The notes below the pieces were generated by a model that was not told the DNA's origin, did not search any database, and worked only from the letters and a program-made list of their open reading frames with translations. Positions 21,776-32,000 of a stretch of DNA of 32,000 bases are shown piece after piece. The DNA is taken from assembly GCF_000008565.1 (NCBI RefSeq), contig NC_001263.1, forward strand, positions 1,529,110 through 1,561,109, given 5' to 3'. Every line of letters begins with the position of its first letter. The stretch's first letter is position 1. The DNA is from Deinococcus radiodurans R1 = ATCC 13939 = DSM 20539 (GTDB lineage Bacteria > Deinococcota > Deinococci > Deinococcales > Deinococcaceae). Position numbers and translations under genes: made by a program.

Positions 21776-22324
21776 CTACCCCCGGTCAGACGCCAGCAGA
21801 GCGTAAATCAGCGTATCGGTCCATTCGCCTTCGGACCACCAGTTTTGCCGCAGATGCGCTTCCTGCCGCAGGCCCAGGCGCTCACACAGCCGCGCTGAAG
21901 CCACGTTGCGCGCGTCCATCTGCGCCGTGACCCGGTGCAGGCCGTAGCTGTCAAAGGCCAGCGTCAGCAGGGGCGCCACCGCTTCGGTCGCCAGCCCCTG
22001 ACCCGCGTAGGCCGGGTCCATCACCCAGCCGATTTCCGCCACCTGCCGGGTCTCGTCGCTCAGCCACAGCGCGGCGTCTCCGATGACCCGTCCCCCGTAG
22101 TCCCACACCAGCGCCAGGGCGCCTGCCGGGGTGTCCAGGCCGCGGCGCTGCTCGCGCTTTTGGCCCTGCTCCTCGGCGTCGGCGCGGGTCCAGGGTTCTT
22201 CCAGCAGGTAACGGGTTACGGCGGGCTGGCGGTAGTAGCCCAGCAGGGCGTCCAGGTCACGCGACTCGTACAGGCGCAACTTGAGGCGGGGCGTCAAGAT
22301 AGGGAAAACGGGCGAGGTCGTCAT
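21776..22324 (-). CDS. GNAT-family N-acetyltransferase (RimJ/RimL-like)
   Basis: ATG 22324 overlaps the upstream stop (ATGA, 22321-22324). The N-terminus is LTPRLKLRLYESRDLDAL and the acetyl-CoA motif is AYAGQGLATEA. The track ORF to 22627 is an over-extension. Confidence 0.85.
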   Translation of the reverse strand: MTTSPVFPILTPRLKLRLYESRDLDALLGYYRQPAVTRYLLEEPWTRADAEEQGQKREQRRGLDTPAGALALVWDYGGRVIGDAALWLSDETRQVAEIGWVMDPAYAGQGLATEAVAPLLTLAFDSYGLHRVTAQMDARNVASARLCERLGLRQEAHLRQNWWSEGEWTDTLIYALLASDRG

Positions 22325-23424
22325 TTCCCGGCTGCCCGGCGCTCCGGCACCAGCGTCACCGCCACCTTGCTCGCCAGCGCCCGGTAAAAGTCGGGGCTGA
22401 CGAGATACTCGGCGTGCGCCCGCAGCGCGTCGTTGGTCAGGGCCAGCGCGGCGTCCTGCGCGCCCCGGACCGTGCGGCTCGCCGGGTAACTCAACAGGTC
22501 GGTGGGACTCCAGACGTTCCACAGGTGGGTCACGTTGGCGGGCTTGTCGAGCGTGCCGTCGGGGGCGGTGGGCGTCAGAAACAGCCCCAGGCCAGCAAAC
22601 AGCCCCAGCTGACTGGCCGAGGCGCACCAGGCGTCCACCTGCAAGTCGCGCAGACTGGGCCGGGCCGGGGCAAAAGCGCTCAGGGCGTCGTACATCAGCT
22701 GCCCGCCCATGCTGTGCGTCAGGATGACGATGGGCTCGCCATTTTCCTGCTTGGCCGCCTGCAACCTTTCCAGCGCCGCCAACACCCGCTGCGGAATAGG
22801 GCCGGGCTGCTCGGGGGTGCCACGCCCATTAAGGTAACGCAGCAGGTCGCCCATGAAGTACGGCAAAAACCCTTCCAGCGGGCTGCGCAGCTCGGTCACG
22901 CGGTGCATCAGGTCGCTGCGGAAAATTTGCCGGAACTGCTGGAGCCAGGGCCACACGCGCAGCGGGTGCGCCTCATGCCAGCGGCGGTGCAGCTCGGTTT
23001 CGGTGGCCTGTTGCAGCGCGTTCCACTGCTCGTCGGGCTCTAGCGTCTGCCAGTGGGCGCGCAGGTCCTGGTCGTGCGCGGTGGCCCACACGGCCTCGAT
23101 CAGTTCCGGCCACGCCTGCACCGGAATCTCGCGGCGCACCTGCCCTTCCAGCCGCTCGGCCAGCGCGTCGGGATCGAGGTCGGCGGGGGCGGGCGGCGCT
23201 GCGGGCTCGGGCGGGGGCACAGGCTGCACGCCCAGGTCGCCCCAGTACACCTGCTCCAGCAGCACGTCCTCGGGCTTCTCAGGCCGCAGCACCGGAGCCA
23301 CGTATTCCCGCAACTTGGCCTCCACGTCGGACCAGGCGACCCGCTGCACGAAGGGACGAACGGCGGACCAGCCGTGCTCGCCTTCCTCCCGGACGGCGAT
23401 GCCGTGGATATAGAGAATCGGCAT
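22321..23424 (-). CDS. lipase/PGAP1-like alpha/beta hydrolase with a large helical insert (367 aa)
   Basis: The N-terminus MPILYIHGI has a beta-strand/oxyanion-like start. The nucleophile elbow is ILTHSMGGQL. The start is ATG 23424. The longer ORF to 23856 overlaps the divergent protease gene. Confidence 0.7.
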   Translation of the reverse strand: MPILYIHGIAVREEGEHGWSAVRPFVQRVAWSDVEAKLREYVAPVLRPEKPEDVLLEQVYWGDLGVQPVPPPEPAAPPAPADLDPDALAERLEGQVRREIPVQAWPELIEAVWATAHDQDLRAHWQTLEPDEQWNALQQATETELHRRWHEAHPLRVWPWLQQFRQIFRSDLMHRVTELRSPLEGFLPYFMGDLLRYLNGRGTPEQPGPIPQRVLAALERLQAAKQENGEPIVILTHSMGGQLMYDALSAFAPARPSLRDLQVDAWCASASQLGLFAGLGLFLTPTAPDGTLDKPANVTHLWNVWSPTDLLSYPASRTVRGAQDAALALTNDALRAHAEYLVSPDFYRALASKVAVTLVPERRAAGK

Positions 23425-23533
23425 GGCCCAGCTTAGACGAACGGCCAGCCTCCCCGCAGTTTTTTCTTTCCCGCCCGCCGAGTGTCGCCCCGGCTCATTT
23501 GCCGTCAGGCCCGGTGCGGCATCCTGGGAGGCG

Positions 23534-25624
23534 ATGAACCGACGTTTCGCGCTGAGTGCCCTGACCCTGCTGCTCACGGCCTGCGGCCAGATCGAATCCG
23601 CGCCCCACCTGAGCGACCGCACCATCGACCTCGGGACGCGGCTCAGCGCCGAGGTCCGGGTGCCCCTCCAGGGCCGCTGGGAGATAAGCCGGGTGCCCGA
23701 CTGGCTGGACGTCTCGGGCCGCAGCGGCACGGGCGACATCGCCCTGACCGTGACCGCCCACCGCCCGAACGCCACCCCCGCCGCCGCCGACCAGCCGCAG
23801 CTCCGGGGCGTCATCGAAGTCAGCTCGACCCGCCCGGACGGCACGGTGCAGAGCACGGCCCGCTGGACCGTGACCGCCGACCAGTACCGCCTGAGCGGGC
23901 GCGTGACCGAGGCCCCGGCGGTGGGCGGCCAGGACCTCCACCTGAGTCAGACGCCGACCCCAGCCCCCCAGCGCGAAGTGCGCGGCCTGATCGTGACCTA
24001 CCGCAGCGCCGCGAACCGGGACGCGGTGTTGCCGGTCAGGGTGAGCGCCCAGTCGACCCTCTCCGCCGAAGCGCGGCAGGCGCGGGCCACGCTCGACGCG
24101 TTGGGAATCGCCCCCGCCCAACGCCAGCCGCTCAGCGAGCGCAGCGTGGTTCTTAGCGGCCTGAGCGACGTGGCGCAGGCCCAGGCCCGGCTGGCCGCCG
24201 ACCCCGCCGTGCTCTCGGTCACGCCCAACGTGGTCCTGCACGCGCTGGCGACCCCGGCGGCACCTCAGACGGCCACCCCAGTGGTGCCGGACGACCAGTA
24301 CGCCCCGCTGCAATGGGCCTTTCCGCTGATGGGCTACGGCGCGGTGTGGCGCGACATGGACGCGGGCGGGTACACCCGGCCGGTCACGGTGGCGGTGGCC
24401 GACTCGGGCGTGCGCTACGACCACCCCGACCTCGCCGGGCAGCTGTGGACGCCGCAGGAAGGAGCGCTGGACGTGCTGAGCGGCACCGACAACGGCGACG
24501 GCGACGGTCCCGACCGTGACCCCACCGACCCGAGCTTTGCCGGGCGCAAGACCGAGAGCCACGGCACCCACGTCACCGGCATCATCGTGGCCCGCTGGGG
24601 TCAGAACGCGCCGAGCTGCGCGGGGTGCAGCCCGACGGGCGTGGTGGGCGCCAGCTACAAGGCGCCGATCAAGGTGCTGCCGATCCGGGTGCTCGACACC
24701 CAGGGCAACACCGACCTCGCCGACGTCATCAACGCCGTGCGCTACGCCGCCGGGCTGCCGGTCAAGCTCGGCGAGCAGGTCTACACCAACCCCCACCCCG
24801 CCCAGGTGCTCAACCTCAGCCTCGGCGGCGAGGGCATCTCCACCGCGGAAGCGCAGCCCATGTGCGACGCGGTGGCGCAGGCCCGCGAGCGCGGCACCCT
24901 GACCTTCGCGGCGGCGGGCAACTCCGGCACTGGGCAACCCTATTACCCGGCGGCGTGCCCGGCGGCGGTGGCGGTGGGCAGCGTCACGCTGACGGCGGCG
25001 GGTACCCCCACCCACGCCACCTACAGCAACCACTACGCCCAGGTGCAGCTCAGCGCGCCGGGGGGCAGCTCGGTGCTGGCGCCCACCTATTACGCGGGGG
25101 GCACCTTCGGCGGCGAGCCCTTCCCCGACGACATCGTTTCGACCGGCTGGGACTATCAAAAGGACGAACCCAACTACGTCGCCATGGCGGGCACCTCGCA
25201 GGCCACGCCGCAGGTCGCCGCCGTCGCCGCGCTGCTGCTCAGCAAGGGCGTGACCCAGGGCCCAGACGACACGCTCGCCCGCCTGACCGCCACCAGCACC
25301 GACCTGGGCGCACCGGGCCGCGACGACTTCTACGGCTTCGGCATGGTCAACGCGGCGGCGGCGCTCGGAGCCCCGGCGGTCAGCAACACCCTCGGCGTGC
25401 TGCTCAGCGACGGCCAGGGCCACACCTACCGTCCCGCCCTGAACGCCCTGGGCCACTTCACTGCCTATCTGGGCGAGGGCGACTACCGCGTGCTCGCTGG
25501 CCGTGACCTCGACGCCAACGGCCTGTTCGGTGAAGCGCACGAACCACGCTCGCAGGCGGCGCAGGCGACCCTCTCCCCGGCTCAGCCGCAGGTCGAACTG
25601 GGGGAGCTGACGGTCAAGCCCTGA
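23534..25624 (+). CDS. S8 (subtilisin-like) serine protease, lipoprotein
   Basis: GGGAGG lies before ATG 23534. The lipobox is ALTLLLTAC|G. The catalytic triad contexts are VAVADSGV, HGTHVTGII and GTSQATPQVAAVAALLL. Confidence 0.9.
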   Translation: MNRRFALSALTLLLTACGQIESAPHLSDRTIDLGTRLSAEVRVPLQGRWEISRVPDWLDVSGRSGTGDIALTVTAHRPNATPAAADQPQLRGVIEVSSTRPDGTVQSTARWTVTADQYRLSGRVTEAPAVGGQDLHLSQTPTPAPQREVRGLIVTYRSAANRDAVLPVRVSAQSTLSAEARQARATLDALGIAPAQRQPLSERSVVLSGLSDVAQAQARLAADPAVLSVTPNVVLHALATPAAPQTATPVVPDDQYAPLQWAFPLMGYGAVWRDMDAGGYTRPVTVAVADSGVRYDHPDLAGQLWTPQEGALDVLSGTDNGDGDGPDRDPTDPSFAGRKTESHGTHVTGIIVARWGQNAPSCAGCSPTGVVGASYKAPIKVLPIRVLDTQGNTDLADVINAVRYAAGLPVKLGEQVYTNPHPAQVLNLSLGGEGISTAEAQPMCDAVAQARERGTLTFAAAGNSGTGQPYYPAACPAAVAVGSVTLTAAGTPTHATYSNHYAQVQLSAPGGSSVLAPTYYAGGTFGGEPFPDDIVSTGWDYQKDEPNYVAMAGTSQATPQVAAVAALLLSKGVTQGPDDTLARLTATSTDLGAPGRDDFYGFGMVNAAAALGAPAVSNTLGVLLSDGQGHTYRPALNALGHFTAYLGEGDYRVLAGRDLDANGLFGEAHEPRSQAAQATLSPAQPQVELGELTVKP

Positions 25625-25643
25625 AGGGAACCCGCAGAGCATG

Positions 25644-25685
25644 AAAAGGCCGCGTCCCGTGAATTCCACCGGGACGCGGCCTTTT
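25644..25685. terminator. bidirectional Rho-independent terminator between convergent genes
   Basis: A perfect 12-bp stem GGCCGCGTCCCG (25648-25659) / CGGGACGCGGCC (25670-25681) is flanked by AAAA upstream and TTTT downstream. Confidence 0.8.
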
Positions 25686-25700
25686 GAACGGAAAAAAACT

Positions 25701-26531
25701 TCAGCCCGCCGTATGCGCGGCCAGCCAGTCCAAAATGATCTGCCTCACCTCGTCGCTCGGCTCGTCGTTGAGCAGTTCGTGATAGCCGCCCTCGAACACG
25801 CGCAGGGTCTTGTCGGCGGCAGGAATCGTTTCGATGAACCGCTGCGAGCCTTTGACATCGGCCAGCTGGTCCTGGTCGCCGTGAACCACCAGCGTCGGCA
25901 ACTGCCAGCGCACGTAGTCGGGCCACAGTTCGCCACTGAGCCGGAGCATGGTCCAGGCGGTCTGGGCCGTGACCTTGCCGTGGTAGATGTTTTCGTCGTC
26001 CTGGTAGGCGCGGACTTCATCGCTGCGGCGCGACAGGGCGTCGGTGCCCAGTTCGCTGACCGGCAGGCGCGGCGCGACGCGGGCGAGCAGCGGGGCGAGT
26101 GCCTTGGTGAGCTGAGGCTGGCCCTCGCCGATGAGAAGCGCTGGGCTGCTCAGGATCACGCCGCTCAGGCCACGCGGGTCGCGGGCCGCGCTCGCCGCCG
26201 TAATCAGGCCGCCGAGGCTGTGCCCGAAGGTGTAAACGGGGAGCGGCTGGCTCCGCAGCGCTTCACGGGCACGGAAGTGGTCTTCGAGCAGCGGCGCGGT
26301 GTCCACTAAGCCGCGCTCGCCGGGCGAATTGCCGTGTCCGCGCTGGTCGTAGGCGTAGACCGTGTACCCCGCCTGCACGAGGTGCGGGATCAGGGCGCCG
26401 AAGTGGTCCACGTAGCGCCGGGCGTACTCACCGAGGCCGTGGGTGAGCAGCACGGCGGCGCGGGGCGACTCGGCGGCCCACACGTAGCCGGTGACCGGCG
26501 TACCGGGAATGCTCCAGGGCTGTTCTTGCAT
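25701..26531 (-). CDS. alpha/beta hydrolase, lysophospholipase / monoacylglycerol lipase family
   Basis: The protein has [10 protein letters not shown], the nucleophile elbow FGHSLGG and a C-terminal [12 protein letters not shown] 26531 lies 6 nt downstream of TACACT (plus-strand 26538-26543). Confidence 0.85.
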   Translation of the reverse strand: MQEQPWSIPGTPVTGYVWAAESPRAAVLLTHGLGEYARRYVDHFGALIPHLVQAGYTVYAYDQRGHGNSPGERGLVDTAPLLEDHFRAREALRSQPLPVYTFGHSLGGLITAASAARDPRGLSGVILSSPALLIGEGQPQLTKALAPLLARVAPRLPVSELGTDALSRRSDEVRAYQDDENIYHGKVTAQTAWTMLRLSGELWPDYVRWQLPTLVVHGDQDQLADVKGSQRFIETIPAADKTLRVFEGGYHELLNDEPSDEVRQIILDWLAAHTAG

Positions 26532-26603
26532 TCGGGCAGTGTAGAGCACTGCATAAAGGGCCGTTCAAGACGCGCGGCGCCCCGCAGCGAGCACACTGGG
26601 CGC

Positions 26604-27044
26604 ATGGCAGATATTGCACGCAAGGCTTCGGCCCACTGGGAAGGCGACCTCAAGTCCGGCAACGGCACCATCACCACCGAGAGCGGGGTGCTGTCGCAAG
26701 CGCAGTACTCGTTCAAGACCCGTTTCGAGAACGGCAAGGGCACCAACCCCGAGGAACTGCTCGCCAGCGCCCACGCCGGGTGCTTCACCATGCAGCTCTC
26801 GGCGCTGCTGGCCGAGCACGGGCATGAGATCAAGGCGCTCGACACCGATGCCACCTGCGAAATGGTCAAGGACGGCCCCGGCTTCAAGATCAACCACATG
26901 CACCTGAGGGTGCGCGCCCAGCTCACCGGCTCCGATCAGGCCGACTTCGAGGCGCACGTCAAAGACGCCGCCGAGAAATGCCCCCTGAGCCGCATCATGC
27001 AGGGCAACGTGGAAGTGACTCACGAAGCGATTCTCGAAGGCTGA
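26604..27044 (+). CDS. osmC: OsmC-family peroxiredoxin
   Basis: It is 146 aa with two conserved Cys contexts, AHAGCFTM and AEKCPLS. The start is ATG 26604. The longer track ORF from 26334 is an over-extension. Confidence 0.88.
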   Translation: MADIARKASAHWEGDLKSGNGTITTESGVLSQAQYSFKTRFENGKGTNPEELLASAHAGCFTMQLSALLAEHGHEIKALDTDATCEMVKDGPGFKINHMHLRVRAQLTGSDQADFEAHVKDAAEKCPLSRIMQGNVEVTHEAILEG

Positions 27045-27057
27045 GTCGCTCAAGCAA

Positions 27058-27090
27058 AACGCGCCCCAGCCGCAGCGGGGGCGCATTTTT
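27058..27090 (+). terminator. Rho-independent terminator after osmC
   Basis: The stem GCGCCCC (27061-27067) / GGGGCGC (27078-27084) is followed by ATTTTT. Confidence 0.65.
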
Positions 27091-27162
27091 CTGTTATCAA
27101 GTCAATAAAAAACGGCCCCCATAAGGAGCCACGCAGGAAGCGGGAATGCTCAAAATCTGGAC

Positions 27163-27408
27163 TCAGTGGCCGTCACCGTCGGTCGCTTCGCGGTGGCCCT
27201 CGTCGTAGCTGGCGTGGGCTTCGGCGTTGTGGATGCCGGCCTTGGCGCGGTCCACACCCGCCTTGACCTTCTCGGACGCCGTATCGAGCGGGCTGTCCGA
27301 CACGCGGGCCGCCACCTCATGCCCGGCGGCGCGGGCACGGTCGGCGACTTCGTTCAGCTTGGCACCTGCGGCATCGGCCAGATGGTCCAGCGTCGTTTTC
27401 TCACTCAT
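27163..27408 (-). CDS. small hydrophilic Ala-rich protein (81 aa), stress-protein-like, function unknown
   Basis: GGAGG lies 8 nt upstream of ATG 27408. The sequence is MSEKTTLDHLADAAGAKLNEVADRARAAGHEV...EKVKAGVDRAKAGIHNAEAHASYDEGHREATDGDGH. Confidence 0.6.
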   Translation of the reverse strand: MSEKTTLDHLADAAGAKLNEVADRARAAGHEVAARVSDSPLDTASEKVKAGVDRAKAGIHNAEAHASYDEGHREATDGDGH

Positions 27409-27667
27409 GAATTGACCTCCTGAAGTTGAATTCCCGGACCGGCACGGCAAACCTAAGGGAGTTCTGCCCGGCGCGCGGCCTGCGGTCAGGGTCAAGCATG
27501 TGCCTGCTTTGTCCCCAGCACATGAACAGGGGGTCAGGGAGCCTTCAGAGTTGGCGAAAAAAGCCCACCTGCGGCCCGGCGCAGAAATCCTGAACCGGGT
27601 TCAAAGGCGGCGCGGAGTGTGGTGATTGGTCGGACGACCGGCGGGGGTTGGAGTAGAGTGGGCAAGC

Positions 27668-28918
<1,251 letters not shown>

Positions 28919-28940
28919 AGCTCGTGAGGGCGAAGGGGCC

Positions 28941-28965
28941 GGGGCCGGGTGCCTCGGCCCTTTTC
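28941..28965 (+). terminator. Rho-independent terminator after icd
   Basis: The stem GGGCCG (28942-28947) / CGGCCC (28955-28960) is followed by TTTTC. Confidence 0.55.
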
Positions 28966-29119
28966 TGTTGCTTTGCCCTAATGTCAACGGCCCTGACATC
29001 AACAGCCCTGACGCCAACGTCAGTTTTTCAACAGCTTGTCGGGTTAGGGTGCGGGCCGTGAAGCGTTGCTGGCTGCTCCTGCCACCCGAAGTCGCCGCCG
29101 CCCTGAAAGGACCCCGCCC

Positions 29120-30013
29120 GTGAATAAACTTCTGCCTGCCCTCGTTCCCCTGCTTGCGCCGCTGCTCGGCTACCTCGTCTGCTGGTTTTTCTGGGGCGTG
29201 CCGCTGCCCTGGATGCTCTTGCTGCTGCTCGGCGGGGCGGCGCTGTGGACCTTCGTGCCCCGCAAAGGGCAAGGCGGCTGGACCTTCTCGCGGTCTTTCC
29301 TGACAGTCATTCTGCTCGGCCTGAGCCTGTGGGTCATCGGCGCTGGCGTCGTGGGCGTTATGATGGTCAGCTTGCCGAACAATCCTCTGCCGATTGGCTG
29401 GCCGCAACTCGCGCCGCTGCTGCTGGCGGGCGCGGGCGTGGTGGCGGCGTGCTGGGCGATGATCTCGCAGATGGCGGGCCGGGTGAGCCGGGAACGGGGG
29501 CAGCCGGTCGTCGTGCCCTGGCTGTGGCTGGCGGGGATGCTGGCCTTCGCCTTTTTCCCGGCGGTGCGTGTCGATTGCCGGGGGCTGGACAGCGACACCT
29601 ACCGCAGGGATCAACGCGGCTTCCTGAGCGCGAACGGCGGCTATTGGGCGCGGCACCCGGAACAGCTTCCGGGCCGGGCCGAACTGCCTGCCGGGTTCAT
29701 TCCTGCCGGAGTCGCCACCGGGGTCGCCCGCTGTGACCAGGACGCTCGGGGCCGCCCCCGGACCTTTTCCTTCCGTGCGGCGTCGCCCCTCTTGCTGGTG
29801 TACCTCTCCGACAGGCAAGGGCCGGGGCAACGGTACGTGGCGGCGGCATTTACTCCGGGAGACCACCGAAAATTGACGCGCTGGGCGGCGGCGCCTCAGC
29901 CCTACGGCATCTGGACCAACCAAATGCCCTACCTCAATCCCTTCTGGGAGGTGGGGCGGGTGCTGCCGGAAGTGCCTGCACCCATTGCGGCGCAGTTGAG
30001 CAAGAGTCCCTGA
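29120..30013 (+). CDS. hypothetical polytopic membrane protein with soluble C-terminal region
   Basis: Several hydrophobic helices are present (LLPALVPLLAPLLGYLVCWFFWGV, MLLLLLGGAALWTFV, FLTVILLGLSLWVIGAGVVGVMMV, LAPLLLAGAGVVAACWAMI, WLWLAGMLAFAFF), followed by about 130 non-hydrophobic residues. The start is uncertain, either GTG 29120 or upstream to 29066. Confidence 0.6.
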   Translation: MNKLLPALVPLLAPLLGYLVCWFFWGVPLPWMLLLLLGGAALWTFVPRKGQGGWTFSRSFLTVILLGLSLWVIGAGVVGVMMVSLPNNPLPIGWPQLAPLLLAGAGVVAACWAMISQMAGRVSRERGQPVVVPWLWLAGMLAFAFFPAVRVDCRGLDSDTYRRDQRGFLSANGGYWARHPEQLPGRAELPAGFIPAGVATGVARCDQDARGRPRTFSFRAASPLLLVYLSDRQGPGQRYVAAAFTPGDHRKLTRWAAAPQPYGIWTNQMPYLNPFWEVGRVLPEVPAPIAAQLSKSP

Positions 30014-30081
30014 CGGAAATGCGTCGCAGCACGCCTTCCCCCTCCCCAACCTAACGGGCGTTTGTTAGACTGTCGGTACAC

Positions 30082-31761
<1,680 letters not shown>

Positions 31762-31814
31762 CCCCTTTCATGCCTTAGCCCCTTCCCTCTGCTCCCACTA
31801 ACACAGGACTGCCC

Positions 31815-32000
31815 ATGCGAAAGCACCAAACCAAAATCTATGCCGTTCTCGTCAGCCTCGGCCTCGGCTTTGTGGCTTTGACCGTTGCTTCGGCAGCGGG
31901 CGTTTTCACATCCAAGAACCCCACGCAGAGATTTGAGGATGGGATGCGCGTGCATTTCGGGGGCAAGGAAGAGAATTTCTCGGCCCATGCCCTGTTACTG
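31815..32000 (+). CDS. hypothetical signal-peptide / membrane-anchored protein, 5' part only (runs off the right edge)
   Basis: ATG 31815 opens MRKHQTKIYAVLVSLGLGFVALTVASAAGVF... and the frame stays open to the window end. It is not in the ORF track because it has no stop. Confidence 0.4.
   Translation, partial: MRKHQTKIYAVLVSLGLGFVALTVASAAGVFTSKNPTQRFEDGMRVHFGGKEENFSAHALLL

Noticed and set aside
28984-29034. Tandem 15-bp repeats considered as a possible mini CRISPR-like array.
   Set aside because: The units are directly adjacent with no spacers, they are far too short, and there are no cas genes nearby.

Overview
This is 32 kb of high-G+C bacterial chromosome. Sample 60-nt coding lines count about 68% G+C, for example 41/60 at 4441-4500. 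The gene content, C-rich palindromic intergenic repeats and an IS630-family element fit a Deinococcus chromosome. So do the many start codons that sit 5-8 nt downstream of a TAnnnT box with no Shine-Dalgarno. I recall this ilvBNC ... mfd ... icd neighbourhood from D. radiodurans chromosome 1, but that is recollection, not verified. The window is mostly housekeeping. It holds a 2-phosphoglycerate-kinase-like P-loop kinase, ilvB-ilvN-(orphan)-ilvC, rsmE-prmA, proC, a GGT-like amidohydrolase, a pfkB kinase and rsmA/ksgA. It also holds a TPR protein, nnr, mfd, an S8 lipoprotein protease, two alpha/beta hydrolases, osmC, icd and an acyl-CoA carboxyltransferase. The accessory or odd content is listed here.
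- A 1066-bp IS630-family element with TA duplication. Its transposase needs two compensating frame changes.
- A lower-G+C vapBC cassette.
- An SRA(YDG)-HNH modification-dependent nuclease that appears to be the last gene of a hydrolase-GNAT-nuclease module.
- A ~43-50% G+C orphan ORF wedged inside the ilv operon.
- A candidate Val-Ile-Val-Leu-Leu leader-peptide attenuator upstream of ilvB.
- Apparent 1-nt frameshifts in ilvN and in the TPR gene.

I saw no rRNA, tRNA or CRISPR array. I do not see an unambiguous new multi-gene system. The best candidates for follow-up are the hydrolase-GNAT-SRA/HNH module and the ilv attenuator. All long antisense ORFs in the track are treated as high-G+C artefacts.
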